The notes under the pieces: generated by a model | What the model was told of the DNA's origin: nothing | Database searches by the model: none | What the model saw: only the letters and a program-made list of their open reading frames with translations | NCBI GenBank assembly: GCA_019322435.1 | Contig: JAHWIR010000005.1 | Location: 199-64,198, forward strand | Source of the DNA: Candidatus Woesearchaeota archaeon | Lineage (GTDB): Archaea > Nanobdellota > Nanobdellia > Woesearchaeales > WJKL01 | Length of the DNA: 64,000 nt | Direction: 5' to 3' | Part shown: in pieces, positions 56,141 through 64,000 of the stretch | Position numbering within the stretch: position 1 is the stretch's first letter | How the letters are laid out: every line of letters begins with the position of its first letter | Made by a program: the position numbers and the translations under genes

Positions 56141-56539
56141 TTATTTTACCCTAGTAAGTTTGAATGGTAAACTGTATGTACTTTTTCCAGGGGTTGCTTC
56201 AATATACCATTTTCCATTAAATTCATTAGGATTGTCATAATTTCTTTTTCCTTTTTCATAGACTATATTTCCTTTTACTCTAGAACCTGATTCTCTAGAA
56301 ATGTATTTTTTTGTAAAATTAATCTCATCATTTGTTAATGTTCCTTCAACTCTTGCTTTACCATGCTTATCTGTTGTTGTTCCTGTAAATGTTCCATCTG
56401 GTTTTAAACAAATTTCCATAGTAAATTTTCCAGAATCAGTCGTAGGATAGGTAATTCCTATAGGACTGCTACCTCCTCCCCCTTTCCACTTTCCCTCAAA
56501 TTTCAAAATTTTTCCTTCAAGAGTTTCTTGTTCAGTCAT
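56141..56539 (-). CDS. hypothetical beta-rich protein
   Basis: 132 aa with a G-rich loop GKWKGGGGSSP and a repeated F.G.W / G.F.G pattern. Confidence 0.55.
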   Translation of the reverse strand: MTEQETLEGKILKFEGKWKGGGGSSPIGITYPTTDSGKFTMEICLKPDGTFTGTTTDKHGKARVEGTLTNDEINFTKKYISRESGSRVKGNIVYEKGKRNYDNPNEFNGKWYIEATPGKSTYSLPFKLTRVK

Positions 56540-56595
56540 ATCTATGTAAATATTATTTAAATGTATAAATATTTTTTCTAAATTAAAGAAAAAAA

Positions 56596-57042
56596 CTAAT
56601 CATAGCCAAAGAAAGTGGCGTCTTTTTTAGGACACCTTCCATCCTCTAATGGTATATCCAATAGAAATTCCCTTATCTTCTCAAAGTCTTTACTAGATTT
56701 TGCATAATAAGTTACTAAAACAGTTAAATCAATTTTTGTAAATTGCATTTTTTCTTTTAATTTATTTAATTCTGAATCTAAATACTCCATCTTAGCCTTT
56801 ATTTCCTGAGGAGGTATACGCACTTCAGATTTATCTCTAACTTCTACTTCATATCTTTTTTTATCTAAAAGTGCACCAAGAACCATAGAAGCTCCGTCAG
56901 CAACATTTGCATGAACATAATATTCATTAGAAAAAACTCCCATTCTAAAACAATACTCTACTTTCTTTGATTCTGGATCAATCTGTGCAAATTGAGGATC
57001 AATTTTCTCATCAGCATGCAGTCTTTCTATTAGGTCTTTCAT
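56596..57042 (-). CDS. hypothetical protein
   Basis: 148 aa with a 4-nt overlap to the upstream gene. Confidence 0.55.
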   Translation of the reverse strand: MKDLIERLHADEKIDPQFAQIDPESKKVEYCFRMGVFSNEYYVHANVADGASMVLGALLDKKRYEVEVRDKSEVRIPPQEIKAKMEYLDSELNKLKEKMQFTKIDLTVLVTYYAKSSKDFEKIREFLLDIPLEDGRCPKKDATFFGYD

Positions 57043-57434
57043 TTTTGCACCACCTTTTCTCTATAGTTTTCAATAAGCCTGCTTGTTTCAGGAGTTTTCT
57101 CTATACTAAAATCTTCTGCACCCCAAGGAGGATCACTCCAAAGAATATTATCTGATGAATAGTCTTTTAGTGCCATTTGCATAGTAATACTCATTATTGC
57201 GTGTATGAAAAATGATTTAAGATCTCCAGATAATTTAATATCTTGTTTTTCAGAGTCTGCTACAATAATATCTACTAGATTTTTTTTGCCTTTATGTTGG
57301 TCTAATCTTGTATCTATTGGGTCTGTTTTATACTCAAATTGAAAATAGAATTCAACATCATCTATTTTTACATCTCCATAATAATGTCTCAAATCTCTTT
57401 GAAAGACTGATGACCTTCCTTTATGATATTCCAT
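57039..57434 (-). CDS. hypothetical protein
   Basis: 131 aa, SD gggggat. Confidence 0.55.
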   Translation of the reverse strand: MEYHKGRSSVFQRDLRHYYGDVKIDDVEFYFQFEYKTDPIDTRLDQHKGKKNLVDIIVADSEKQDIKLSGDLKSFFIHAIMSITMQMALKDYSSDNILWSDPPWGAEDFSIEKTPETSRLIENYREKVVQK

Positions 57435-57471
57435 TTAGTTGTATCCCCCCAATTAGAAAAAGTGAATCTTC

Positions 57472-57511
57472 TGGTTTTTAAAAAGTTTGTGATGCTTGCT
57501 TAGGGCTTTGA
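57472..57511 (-). repeat. intergenic module copy (promoter-like AAACTTTTTAAAAACCA plus a degenerate copy of the 22-bp repeat)
   Basis: tggtttttaaaaagtttgtg is identical to 58004-58023. 57490-57511 matches the 22-mer at 19/22 positions. Confidence 0.8.
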
Positions 57512-57985
57512 TTTGTATTTAATAGAAAAAAAGATATCTTCTAACTTTCTTGCATATTTCGGATTATTCATGCATGCGAATGCATACTCATCGCCTTTTT
57601 GAACTCTGTATGCTTTGGAATCTATTACAGCAAAACTTAAACCTAGATGGCGGGGAACTGTATAAGAAGGAGACATATTATACTCCTTAAGCAAAGATAT
57701 AAACTCTGTATCTTCTTCCTGTTTAAGCAAAACATCTATTGAAACACCTCTTGCTACAGCAGATTTTACTGAATCCAGAATCAAAGGAGAATCCAGCAAT
57801 TCTGAATTCTCATGCTCATTAAAAATTATCATATTATCAACTGCATGTCTGAAAAGAGTTTGATACAATGCTAGAATGTTCTCTGGTTTGATATTACTAA
57901 AAACACGGCCAGAACTAAGTGATATAAGTCTGTTTACTCCCTCTTTGTATATAGGATCTATTTTCAAATACTCTTGTAAGTTCAT
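57500..57985 (-). CDS. hypothetical protein (weak resemblance to a PLD-like fold lacking HKD)
   Basis: 161 aa. NMIIFNEH...LDSVKSAVARGVSIDVLL...SFAVIDSKAYRV resembles the PLD layout by eye, but the His of HxK is absent. Confidence 0.5.
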   Translation of the reverse strand: MNLQEYLKIDPIYKEGVNRLISLSSGRVFSNIKPENILALYQTLFRHAVDNMIIFNEHENSELLDSPLILDSVKSAVARGVSIDVLLKQEEDTEFISLLKEYNMSPSYTVPRHLGLSFAVIDSKAYRVQKGDEYAFACMNNPKYARKLEDIFFSIKYKSKP

Positions 57986-58003
57986 AATATTATTAGAGAA
58001 GCT

Positions 58004-58046
58004 TGGTTTTTAAAAAGTTTGTGCTGATGCTTGTTTGGGGCTTTAA
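58004..58046 (-). repeat. intergenic module copy plus 22-bp direct repeat copy B
   Basis: 58025-58046 (tgatgcttgtttggggctttaa) is 22/22 identical to 53595-53616 and contains the stop codon of the 290-aa minus-strand gene. Confidence 0.9.
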
Positions 58047-58915
58047 TTATCTTCAACTAGAACTTTTTTTTCATTGATTAAAAAACCACCTTCGTCATTT
58101 GATCTAAGAAATTCTTTTTTTTCTAAAGAAACTAATTTATAAAATATATCTTGTTCTGCTAAATCATCAGATTGGCATGGGCAAACGCATCCATCCTCTG
58201 CTAAATCATCGATAATATTATACGGATAAATATAATCGTCTGCATCACAAGGATCATAAGATTCCATTACTGAAAGAATACGCCATGTTAATAAATCAGC
58301 GTTTGCTAAAGCTTCTAATCCACTTAACCTCTCTTTTAAATCTGAATTGATTCCTTCTATTAATTCTTTTTCATAATTTTCATGCCATTCGTCTACTATC
58401 TTCCCATCATCTTTAAACTCCTTTGGTGTTGGAGCATCAGGTGTTGCAACATATTCTAATATTAATTCTTCTGCTCCAGGAAAAATATCCCTAACTTTGG
58501 TGCGTTTGGATATTTTCTTGTTATTAAAAAATACAAGTCTTTTGTTTCCGATATTTGATACGTTGCGATAGCTAAATCTCTGATAATCTTCAGATGAGCC
58601 AGCCCTAACAAAAAAATCAAAATCTCCAATAGCTATTGATTCTATATCTGCATCTAATTCATCACTATCTGGATAAAGAAGATTTATTCTTTCTGTTGTT
58701 TCTAACGGAGGATTATGATCACTTGAATCATCAACTGTCATCCTTCCAATCAGTCTTCTAAGATAAGGCGCTAATGGTCTTCCAGGATTAACCTTTATTT
58801 CTGGAATCCCTAATTCAGAATGACCTCCTAAAAGAGTATAATGCTGGAAACCATCAGAACATTCATAAAAAGGACCATAAAGATCACTTCCCCCAACCCT
58901 AACTAATTCAGCCAT
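58043..58915 (-). CDS. hypothetical acidic protein
   Basis: 290 aa with a C-terminal Cys cluster (DGCVCPCQSDD). Promoter-like aaactttttaaaatc upstream. Confidence 0.6.
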   Translation of the reverse strand: MAELVRVGGSDLYGPFYECSDGFQHYTLLGGHSELGIPEIKVNPGRPLAPYLRRLIGRMTVDDSSDHNPPLETTERINLLYPDSDELDADIESIAIGDFDFFVRAGSSEDYQRFSYRNVSNIGNKRLVFFNNKKISKRTKVRDIFPGAEELILEYVATPDAPTPKEFKDDGKIVDEWHENYEKELIEGINSDLKERLSGLEALANADLLTWRILSVMESYDPCDADDYIYPYNIIDDLAEDGCVCPCQSDDLAEQDIFYKLVSLEKKEFLRSNDEGGFLINEKKVLVEDN

Positions 58916-59009
58916 AGTAATCCAAAAATAATTAGATTTTAAAAAGTTTATTAATTCTTAATATAAAAATATTTAAAGAATAAATTGTTTCTTTAGGTGG
59001 GTGGATAAA

Positions 59010-59456
59010 ATGGCAGTGAATATTGATGAGTTGGTTAAGGAGATTGTAGATAAGAAGACAATTGGATTAAGCGATGTGATGGATTATGTTACAGATGAAC
59101 AAATAGAAGCTGTTAAGAAGTATCAATGTCCTTTTTGTGAAACAAAGCTGGAAAAAGGCAAGGGAACATTGCATAGTGATCTTGGAAGGGGATTTCAGGG
59201 AGCACAACAGGGTTATTATGAATGCGGAGATAAGGAATGCAGATATGCAATAAAGTTCATATGGGTTGATGGAAAAAGTTATTTTCTGCCAGATTCAATT
59301 AGGACACCAGGCTTAGCAGGAGGAAATCCTGCTGATTTTATCAAAACAATTAACTTCAATATTGAAGAAGGGAATACAACAAAAGACAAATTAATAAAGC
59401 AGGCAATTGCAGAGTACTTAACACATAAAATTGATAACCATATTCTTTCATCATAG
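59010..59456 (+). CDS. hypothetical Zn-ribbon-containing protein
   Basis: Start re-set from a GTG (inside SD aggtgggtgg) to the ATG. CPFC...CGDKEC. Confidence 0.55.
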   Translation: MAVNIDELVKEIVDKKTIGLSDVMDYVTDEQIEAVKKYQCPFCETKLEKGKGTLHSDLGRGFQGAQQGYYECGDKECRYAIKFIWVDGKSYFLPDSIRTPGLAGGNPADFIKTINFNIEEGNTTKDKLIKQAIAEYLTHKIDNHILSS

Positions 59457-59491
59457 AAACGTTTATATACATTAGTTAAGAATTATTTCTT

Positions 59492-60367
59492 ATGGTTGAA
59501 CATATCGGCGGGCAGGCTATTATTGAAGGAGTTATGATGAGATCTCCTACAAAGATGGCTATTTCTGTCAGGCTGCCTAATAAGAAGATTAAGACAAAGA
59601 AGGAGAAGTGCAAGAAACTGAAGATTGCAAAGTTTGCTTTTATCAGAGGAGGGTTTGTTCTGATTGATACATTGGTTAAAGGGGTTAAGGCATTGCTGTG
59701 GAGTGCTGACCAGCAGCTGGAAAAACATGAGAAGATAACTAAAAAAGATGTGTTCTGGACATTGGGGCTGACAATTGCTCTTGTTGTTGGGTTTTTTATT
59801 GTGCTGCCTTATGCTGTTACGCACTGGATTGGGATTGAGGAGGAAGTGAATCCAATTTTGTTTAATCTTGTTGATGGAATCATAAAGATTGCATTGTTTC
59901 TGGGTTATCTGGGAGTTATCTCTATGTGGAAAGAGGTCAGAAGGGTTTTTGAATATCATGGAGCAGAGCACAAGGCTGTTAATTGTTTTGAAGCAGGAAA
60001 ATCATTAACAGTTGCAAATGTAAAGAAATATGGAAAAGAGCATGCAAGATGCGGAACAAGTTTTTTGATTATTGTCTTGATAATCAGTGTCTTGTTGTTT
60101 TCACTGCTGCCTGTTATTGTAAGTGCATTAGGTATTGGTTTGAGTTTTTGGCTGCAGAGGATTTTATTATTAGGATTAAGGATATTGATCATCCCTGTTA
60201 TTGCAGCTATTTCATATGAGGTTTTAAGGTTTGGTGATAAATTCAAGAGATTTAAATTAATCTCATGGATCACTCTGCCTGGGATGTGGGTGCAGAAGAT
60301 CACAACAAAAGAGCCTGACTCAAAACAAATAGAAGTTGCTATTGAGGCTTTAAAAAGCGTGACATAA
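59492..60367 (+). CDS. DUF1385 (YqhQ-like) membrane protein
   Basis: IGGQAIIEGVMMRSP, YHGAEHKAVN and several TM helices. TATA gtttatatac lies about 25 nt upstream. Confidence 0.75.
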   Translation: MVEHIGGQAIIEGVMMRSPTKMAISVRLPNKKIKTKKEKCKKLKIAKFAFIRGGFVLIDTLVKGVKALLWSADQQLEKHEKITKKDVFWTLGLTIALVVGFFIVLPYAVTHWIGIEEEVNPILFNLVDGIIKIALFLGYLGVISMWKEVRRVFEYHGAEHKAVNCFEAGKSLTVANVKKYGKEHARCGTSFLIIVLIISVLLFSLLPVIVSALGIGLSFWLQRILLLGLRILIIPVIAAISYEVLRFGDKFKRFKLISWITLPGMWVQKITTKEPDSKQIEVAIEALKSVT

Positions 60368-60399
60368 AATTTTTAAAAGAAACTTAATTTTCTTTTTAT

Positions 60400-60945
60400 A
60401 TGGGGGAACATAAATTTATTCTTACTGAAGGAACTGATGCTGTTGGTAAATCAAGTACTGCAAAGAATCTAGCAGAGAGAATAGATGGGATTTATTATGC
60501 GTGCCCTCCAGAAGTTATCAGCCCTATAAGAAGAGCTGTTGGAGCATATTCTCCAGAAGCTAATTATTATTTTTATCTAGCTGGGAATCATATTGCTGCT
60601 GAAGAGATAGAAGACTTCATGCAAGACCATCATGTTGTGGCTGACAGATATATTTACTCAACGTTAGTCCATCATTCTATAACAATGGGCAGGGACTTGC
60701 CTGTTCCTGAGCTTCCATTAATGCCAGACCACATAGTCTATGTAACAGCTCCAATGGAGACAATTATTGAGAGATTAGGTGGAAGGGATAATTTAAAATC
60801 TCATGAAAAACCAGAATTTATGGGAGAAATGCAGAGAAGATTCTTAGAATATTTTGCTAACTTAGACAATGTATTGACTGTTGATACTTCTGAGTTAAAT
60901 AAAGAAGAAGTTGTTGACTTTATTCTTGAAAATATTGAGCTTTAG
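60400..60945 (+). CDS. thymidylate-kinase-family P-loop kinase
   Basis: FILTEGTDAVGKSSTAKNL and VADRYIYSTLVH. Confidence 0.6.
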   Translation: MGEHKFILTEGTDAVGKSSTAKNLAERIDGIYYACPPEVISPIRRAVGAYSPEANYYFYLAGNHIAAEEIEDFMQDHHVVADRYIYSTLVHHSITMGRDLPVPELPLMPDHIVYVTAPMETIIERLGGRDNLKSHEKPEFMGEMQRRFLEYFANLDNVLTVDTSELNKEEVVDFILENIEL

Positions 60946-60968
60946 ACTTCAACTCAATTTGTACTCTT

Positions 60969-60986
60969 CGAAAGGTATTTATAAAG
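60969..60986 (+). promoter_or_regulatory. BRE/TATA promoter element
   Basis: cgaaaggtatttataaag, 42 nt upstream of the serpin ATG, followed by SD ggaga. Confidence 0.55.
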
Positions 60987-61027
60987 GTATATCTTAACTT
61001 CAAATACCTATATATGGAGATAATAAG

Positions 61028-62293
61028 ATGAAAAAAATAATAATAAGCATGTTGCTTATATCACTTTTGATAATATCAGGATGCAAAGAACCTGTTGTAA
61101 TTGATGATTCCCAAGCAACAGCTGAAGGAGTTAAACAAGTAGTTGATGCAAACAATGAATTTGCTTTTGATCTGTACAAAGAGCTGGATCAGGAGGGAAA
61201 AAATGTGTTTTTTTCTCCATATTCTATATCAACAGCAGTGGCAATGACATATGAAGGGGCAAAAGGAGATACTGCAAAAGAGATAGCTGATGTTTTTCAT
61301 TTTCCAGAAAAAAGCATATTAAGGATGAATACAGCAAAGATATATAATGAAATAAACAAAAAAGACAAAGCGTATAAACTTCACACAGCAAATGCATTAT
61401 GGGCAGAGAAAACCTATCCGTTTTTAGCTGATTATTTAAGCACTATTGAAAGATATTACGGCGGAAAGACAACCAATCTAGATTTCATAAATCAGGCAGA
61501 GGCTTCAAGAAAGATAATAAATGATTGGGTTGAAGACCAGACAAATGACAAGATAAAGGATTTAATTCCAGCAGGGGTTCTTAATCCGTTGACAAGGCTG
61601 GTTCTTACAAATGCAATCTATTTCAAAGGAAGATGGGAATGGGAATTTGACAAGTCTGATACCCGCGAGCAGGATTTCAGAATAACTCCAGAAAATACAG
61701 TAAAAGTTCAGATGATGTATATGGACCCTGACAAGGCAAGATTTAATTATGCTTCTTTGGAAAAGCTGCAAATCCTAGAGCTGCCTTATAAGGGAGAAGA
61801 AATTTCAATGCTGATTTTGCTGCCAAAACAAGGGAAAGAGTTTAATTATGAAACAGGTGAGAGGATTACCTATGATTATACTCTTGAAGACATTGAATTG
61901 TCAAAACTTGATGAATATAAAAGCAAAATGCAGGAAACAAAGATGGATGCAATCTATCTTCCTAAATTCAAGTTTGAGACAAAATATCTGATGGCAGATA
62001 CACTGGCAGAGATGGGAATGCCAACTGCTTTCAAGACAGACGGCTCAGCAGATTTCTCAGGCATGGATGGAACAAGAGATCTTTTTATCAGCAGTGTCAT
62101 CCACCAGGCTTTTGTTGAGGTTAATGAAGAAGGAACAGAGGCAGCAGCTGCAACAGCTATTGTTGTTGGAATAACAGCTGTCATGCCAACAAACATCTTC
62201 AGAGCAGACCATCCATTTATCTTCCTGATACAGGAAAAAGGAACAGGAAACATCTTATTCATGGGAAAAGTAGTTAACCCTACTGCAAACTAA
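61028..62293 (+). CDS. serpin-family protease inhibitor, lipoprotein-type signal
   Basis: FSPYSISTAVAMTYEGAKGDT, NAIYFKGRWEWEF, hinge EEGTEAAAATA and FRADHPFIFLI. N-terminal LLIISGC. Confidence 0.9.
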   Translation: MKKIIISMLLISLLIISGCKEPVVIDDSQATAEGVKQVVDANNEFAFDLYKELDQEGKNVFFSPYSISTAVAMTYEGAKGDTAKEIADVFHFPEKSILRMNTAKIYNEINKKDKAYKLHTANALWAEKTYPFLADYLSTIERYYGGKTTNLDFINQAEASRKIINDWVEDQTNDKIKDLIPAGVLNPLTRLVLTNAIYFKGRWEWEFDKSDTREQDFRITPENTVKVQMMYMDPDKARFNYASLEKLQILELPYKGEEISMLILLPKQGKEFNYETGERITYDYTLEDIELSKLDEYKSKMQETKMDAIYLPKFKFETKYLMADTLAEMGMPTAFKTDGSADFSGMDGTRDLFISSVIHQAFVEVNEEGTEAAAATAIVVGITAVMPTNIFRADHPFIFLIQEKGTGNILFMGKVVNPTAN

Positions 62294-62308
62294 GGAGGAA
62301 TGATAAAA

Positions 62309-62998
62309 ATGAAAATAATAATAGCATTTTTGATGACAGCTTTGCTGTTAATAGCAGGCTGTGGAGAAGGAAACACAATAAATGTCTCTGGAAATTCAGA
62401 GATAACTGTTGATCCTGATGAAGCTGAGGTATGGGCTGGAATCTCAATTGTTAAATTGACTGCTGAGGATGCTCAGAATGAAGCAAACAAAGTGATTAAT
62501 GCAATAATTGATGGATTGAGGTATAAAGGGATATCAGAAGATGATATTGCTACTGAAAGGCTAAGCCTTAGGGAAGAGAGAAGATGGGAAGCTGGAAAAT
62601 CAACTGTTGTTGGATGGAGAGCAACACAGACACTGAAGATAAGCACAACTGACCTGAACAAAGTAGGGCCTATTGTTGATGTTTGCGTTAATAATGGAGC
62701 AAACCAGATTCAAAACATCAATTTCGGGCTGAGTGAAGAGAAAGAGCAGGAGATCAAGAAAGAAGCTATTGCAAAGGCAACTACAAATGCCAAAGACAAG
62801 GCAGAAGCTATCGCAGACAGCCTGGATGTTAGATTAGGCAAAGTAAAGTCTGTTTCAGAAGCAAGCCATTATTACATGCCTTACAGGTTTGGAATGGCTG
62901 AAGTTGCTATGGATAAAGCTGTTGAAGAATCTGCTGCTATAATGCCTGACAAAGTGACTGTGACAGGACAAATCTCTCTTGTTTATAATGTAAGATAA
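62309..62998 (+). CDS. SIMPL/DUF541-family lipoprotein
   Basis: Start re-set to MKIIIAFLMTALLLIAGCGEG. INVSGNSEITVDPDEAEV and GWRATQTLKIS. Confidence 0.7.
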   Translation: MKIIIAFLMTALLLIAGCGEGNTINVSGNSEITVDPDEAEVWAGISIVKLTAEDAQNEANKVINAIIDGLRYKGISEDDIATERLSLREERRWEAGKSTVVGWRATQTLKISTTDLNKVGPIVDVCVNNGANQIQNINFGLSEEKEQEIKKEAIAKATTNAKDKAEAIADSLDVRLGKVKSVSEASHYYMPYRFGMAEVAMDKAVEESAAIMPDKVTVTGQISLVYNVR

Positions 62999-63074
62999 TC
63001 TTACATTATTTTTTTATTCTTATTTTGGGTTGATAGAATAGATTTATAAATTCTCTTTTTCTTCTTTTTTCCTT

Positions 63075-63332
63075 ATGGGAAAGAAAAAAATTCCAAAGCT
63101 TGTTATATGGGACGGCAAACAAGAGATTAAACAAAAGAAAAAGGCAGTCTCTGAAAAAAAGCCTGATTTAATAGATATATGTCATGAGTGCGAGGAATCT
63201 GTTTCTGAAGAAGAGAAAAAGGTGTATAAAGGGCGTGTTTACTGCCTTGTTTGCTATCCTGGAGAAAAAGAAGAGTATGATCCTTTTATCCAAAACATTT
63301 ATGATAAGATTGAAGAAGAATTAGAAGAATAA
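63075..63332 (+). CDS. small Zn-ribbon-like charged protein
   Basis: CHEC...CLVC, 85 aa. TATA agatttataaatt lies about 25 nt upstream. Confidence 0.5.
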   Translation: MGKKKIPKLVIWDGKQEIKQKKKAVSEKKPDLIDICHECEESVSEEEKKVYKGRVYCLVCYPGEKEEYDPFIQNIYDKIEEELEE

Positions 63333-63341
63333 AAAAATAAA

Positions 63342-64000
63342 TTATTTCTTTTTTCCTTCAATAGCTCTTAAGATTTCTAAAGGAATACCTATTACTACTG
63401 TATTAGATTTGTCAGAGCTTAAGTCATTCAAGGTCTGCAATGTTCTTAAATGCAAAGCTCCAGGCGCTTTTGCCAGAGTAAATGCTGCTTTTGACATGTT
63501 ATCAGCTGCAATCACTTCTCCTGATGCTTTGATTATGACAGCTCTTTTCTCTCTTTCTGCTTCTGCTTCTTTTCCAATTGTCCTTTTTAATTGCTCTGGA
63601 AGCTCAACATGCTTCAGCTCAACAGAATCTACTTTTATTCCCCATGGGTCTGTTGCTTTATCTACAATCTCTCTTATCTTTTTGCTGATTGTATCTCTTT
63701 TCTGCAGTAAATCATCTAAAGAAACTTCTCCAACCACGTCTCTCATTGTTGTCTGGGCTAATTGAGAAACAGCATAGTTGAAATGCTCAACTTCAATTAT
63801 TGCTTTTTTTGAGTCTGCAACTTTATAGTATAAAACTGCATTTACTTTTATTGAAACATTATCTCTTGTGATTGCATCCTGGTCAGGGACATCAATTGCT
63901 TTAACTCTTATGTCAACACGCTCCCAAGTCTGCAATAATGGAATAACTAATCTCAATCCAGGATTCATTGTTCCTGAAAATTTTCCTAGTGTGAATTTAA
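63342..64000 (-). CDS. SPFH/band-7 (stomatin/prohibitin-like) protein, N-terminus beyond window end
   Basis: The frame stays open upstream of the listed Met (..KFTLGKFSGTMNPGLRLVIPLLQ..), which is the typical SPFH start region. RDNVSIKVNAVLYYKV and a coiled-coil tail. Confidence 0.8.
   Translation of the reverse strand, partial: KFTLGKFSGTMNPGLRLVIPLLQTWERVDIRVKAIDVPDQDAITRDNVSIKVNAVLYYKVADSKKAIIEVEHFNYAVSQLAQTTMRDVVGEVSLDDLLQKRDTISKKIREIVDKATDPWGIKVDSVELKHVELPEQLKRTIGKEAEAEREKRAVIIKASGEVIAADNMSKAAFTLAKAPGALHLRTLQTLNDLSSDKSNTVVIGIPLEILRAIEGKKK

Noticed and set aside
53595-58046. Integron-like cassette array or classical tyrosine-recombinase integrative element
   Set aside because: No integrase, transposase or attC-like long imperfect palindromes were recognisable. 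Only the direct repeats and the modular junctions are reported. The mobility mechanism is left open.

Overview
AT-rich, very gene-dense archaeal chromosome fragment. Archaeal markers are TFB, ribosomal protein eS1/S3Ae, class I LysRS, Pth2, SRP54 and an intron-containing tRNA-Lys. The gene content and the many orphan genes look DPANN-like, but that is an inference. Many genes have a strong BRE/TATA element of the form cGAAAGGTTTATAAA about 25-30 nt upstream of the ATG (near-leaderless); others are SD-led (GGTGA/GGAGG) or coupled by ATGA overlaps. Housekeeping genes present: srp54, thrS, lysK, pth2, gyrB, rps3ae, tfb, a Dph6-like gene and an expanded grpE-dnaK-dnaJ operon. They are interspersed with accessory clusters. 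(1) An intact GGDEF diguanylate cyclase next to a degenerate GGDEF-like gene. (2) A 4.4-kb island of orphan genes, including an HNH nuclease, bounded by a perfect 22-bp direct repeat that starts at the 3' end of a wHTH gene. (3) A translationally coupled operon encoding a porin-like secreted protein, three small proteins and a B12-binding radical-SAM enzyme with a split Cys motif. (4) An M29 / creatininase / DegT / M29 / ATP-grasp cluster. (5) An AbrB-like micro-ORF coupled to a membrane Hanks-type kinase. (6) Six small orphan genes downstream of tfb. No rRNA, CRISPR array, transposase or integrase was seen. All domain calls are by-eye motif recognition; no database search was run. Several start codons in the ORF track were re-set where the listed start was a GTG/TTG lying inside a Shine-Dalgarno sequence or overlapped a neighbouring gene.
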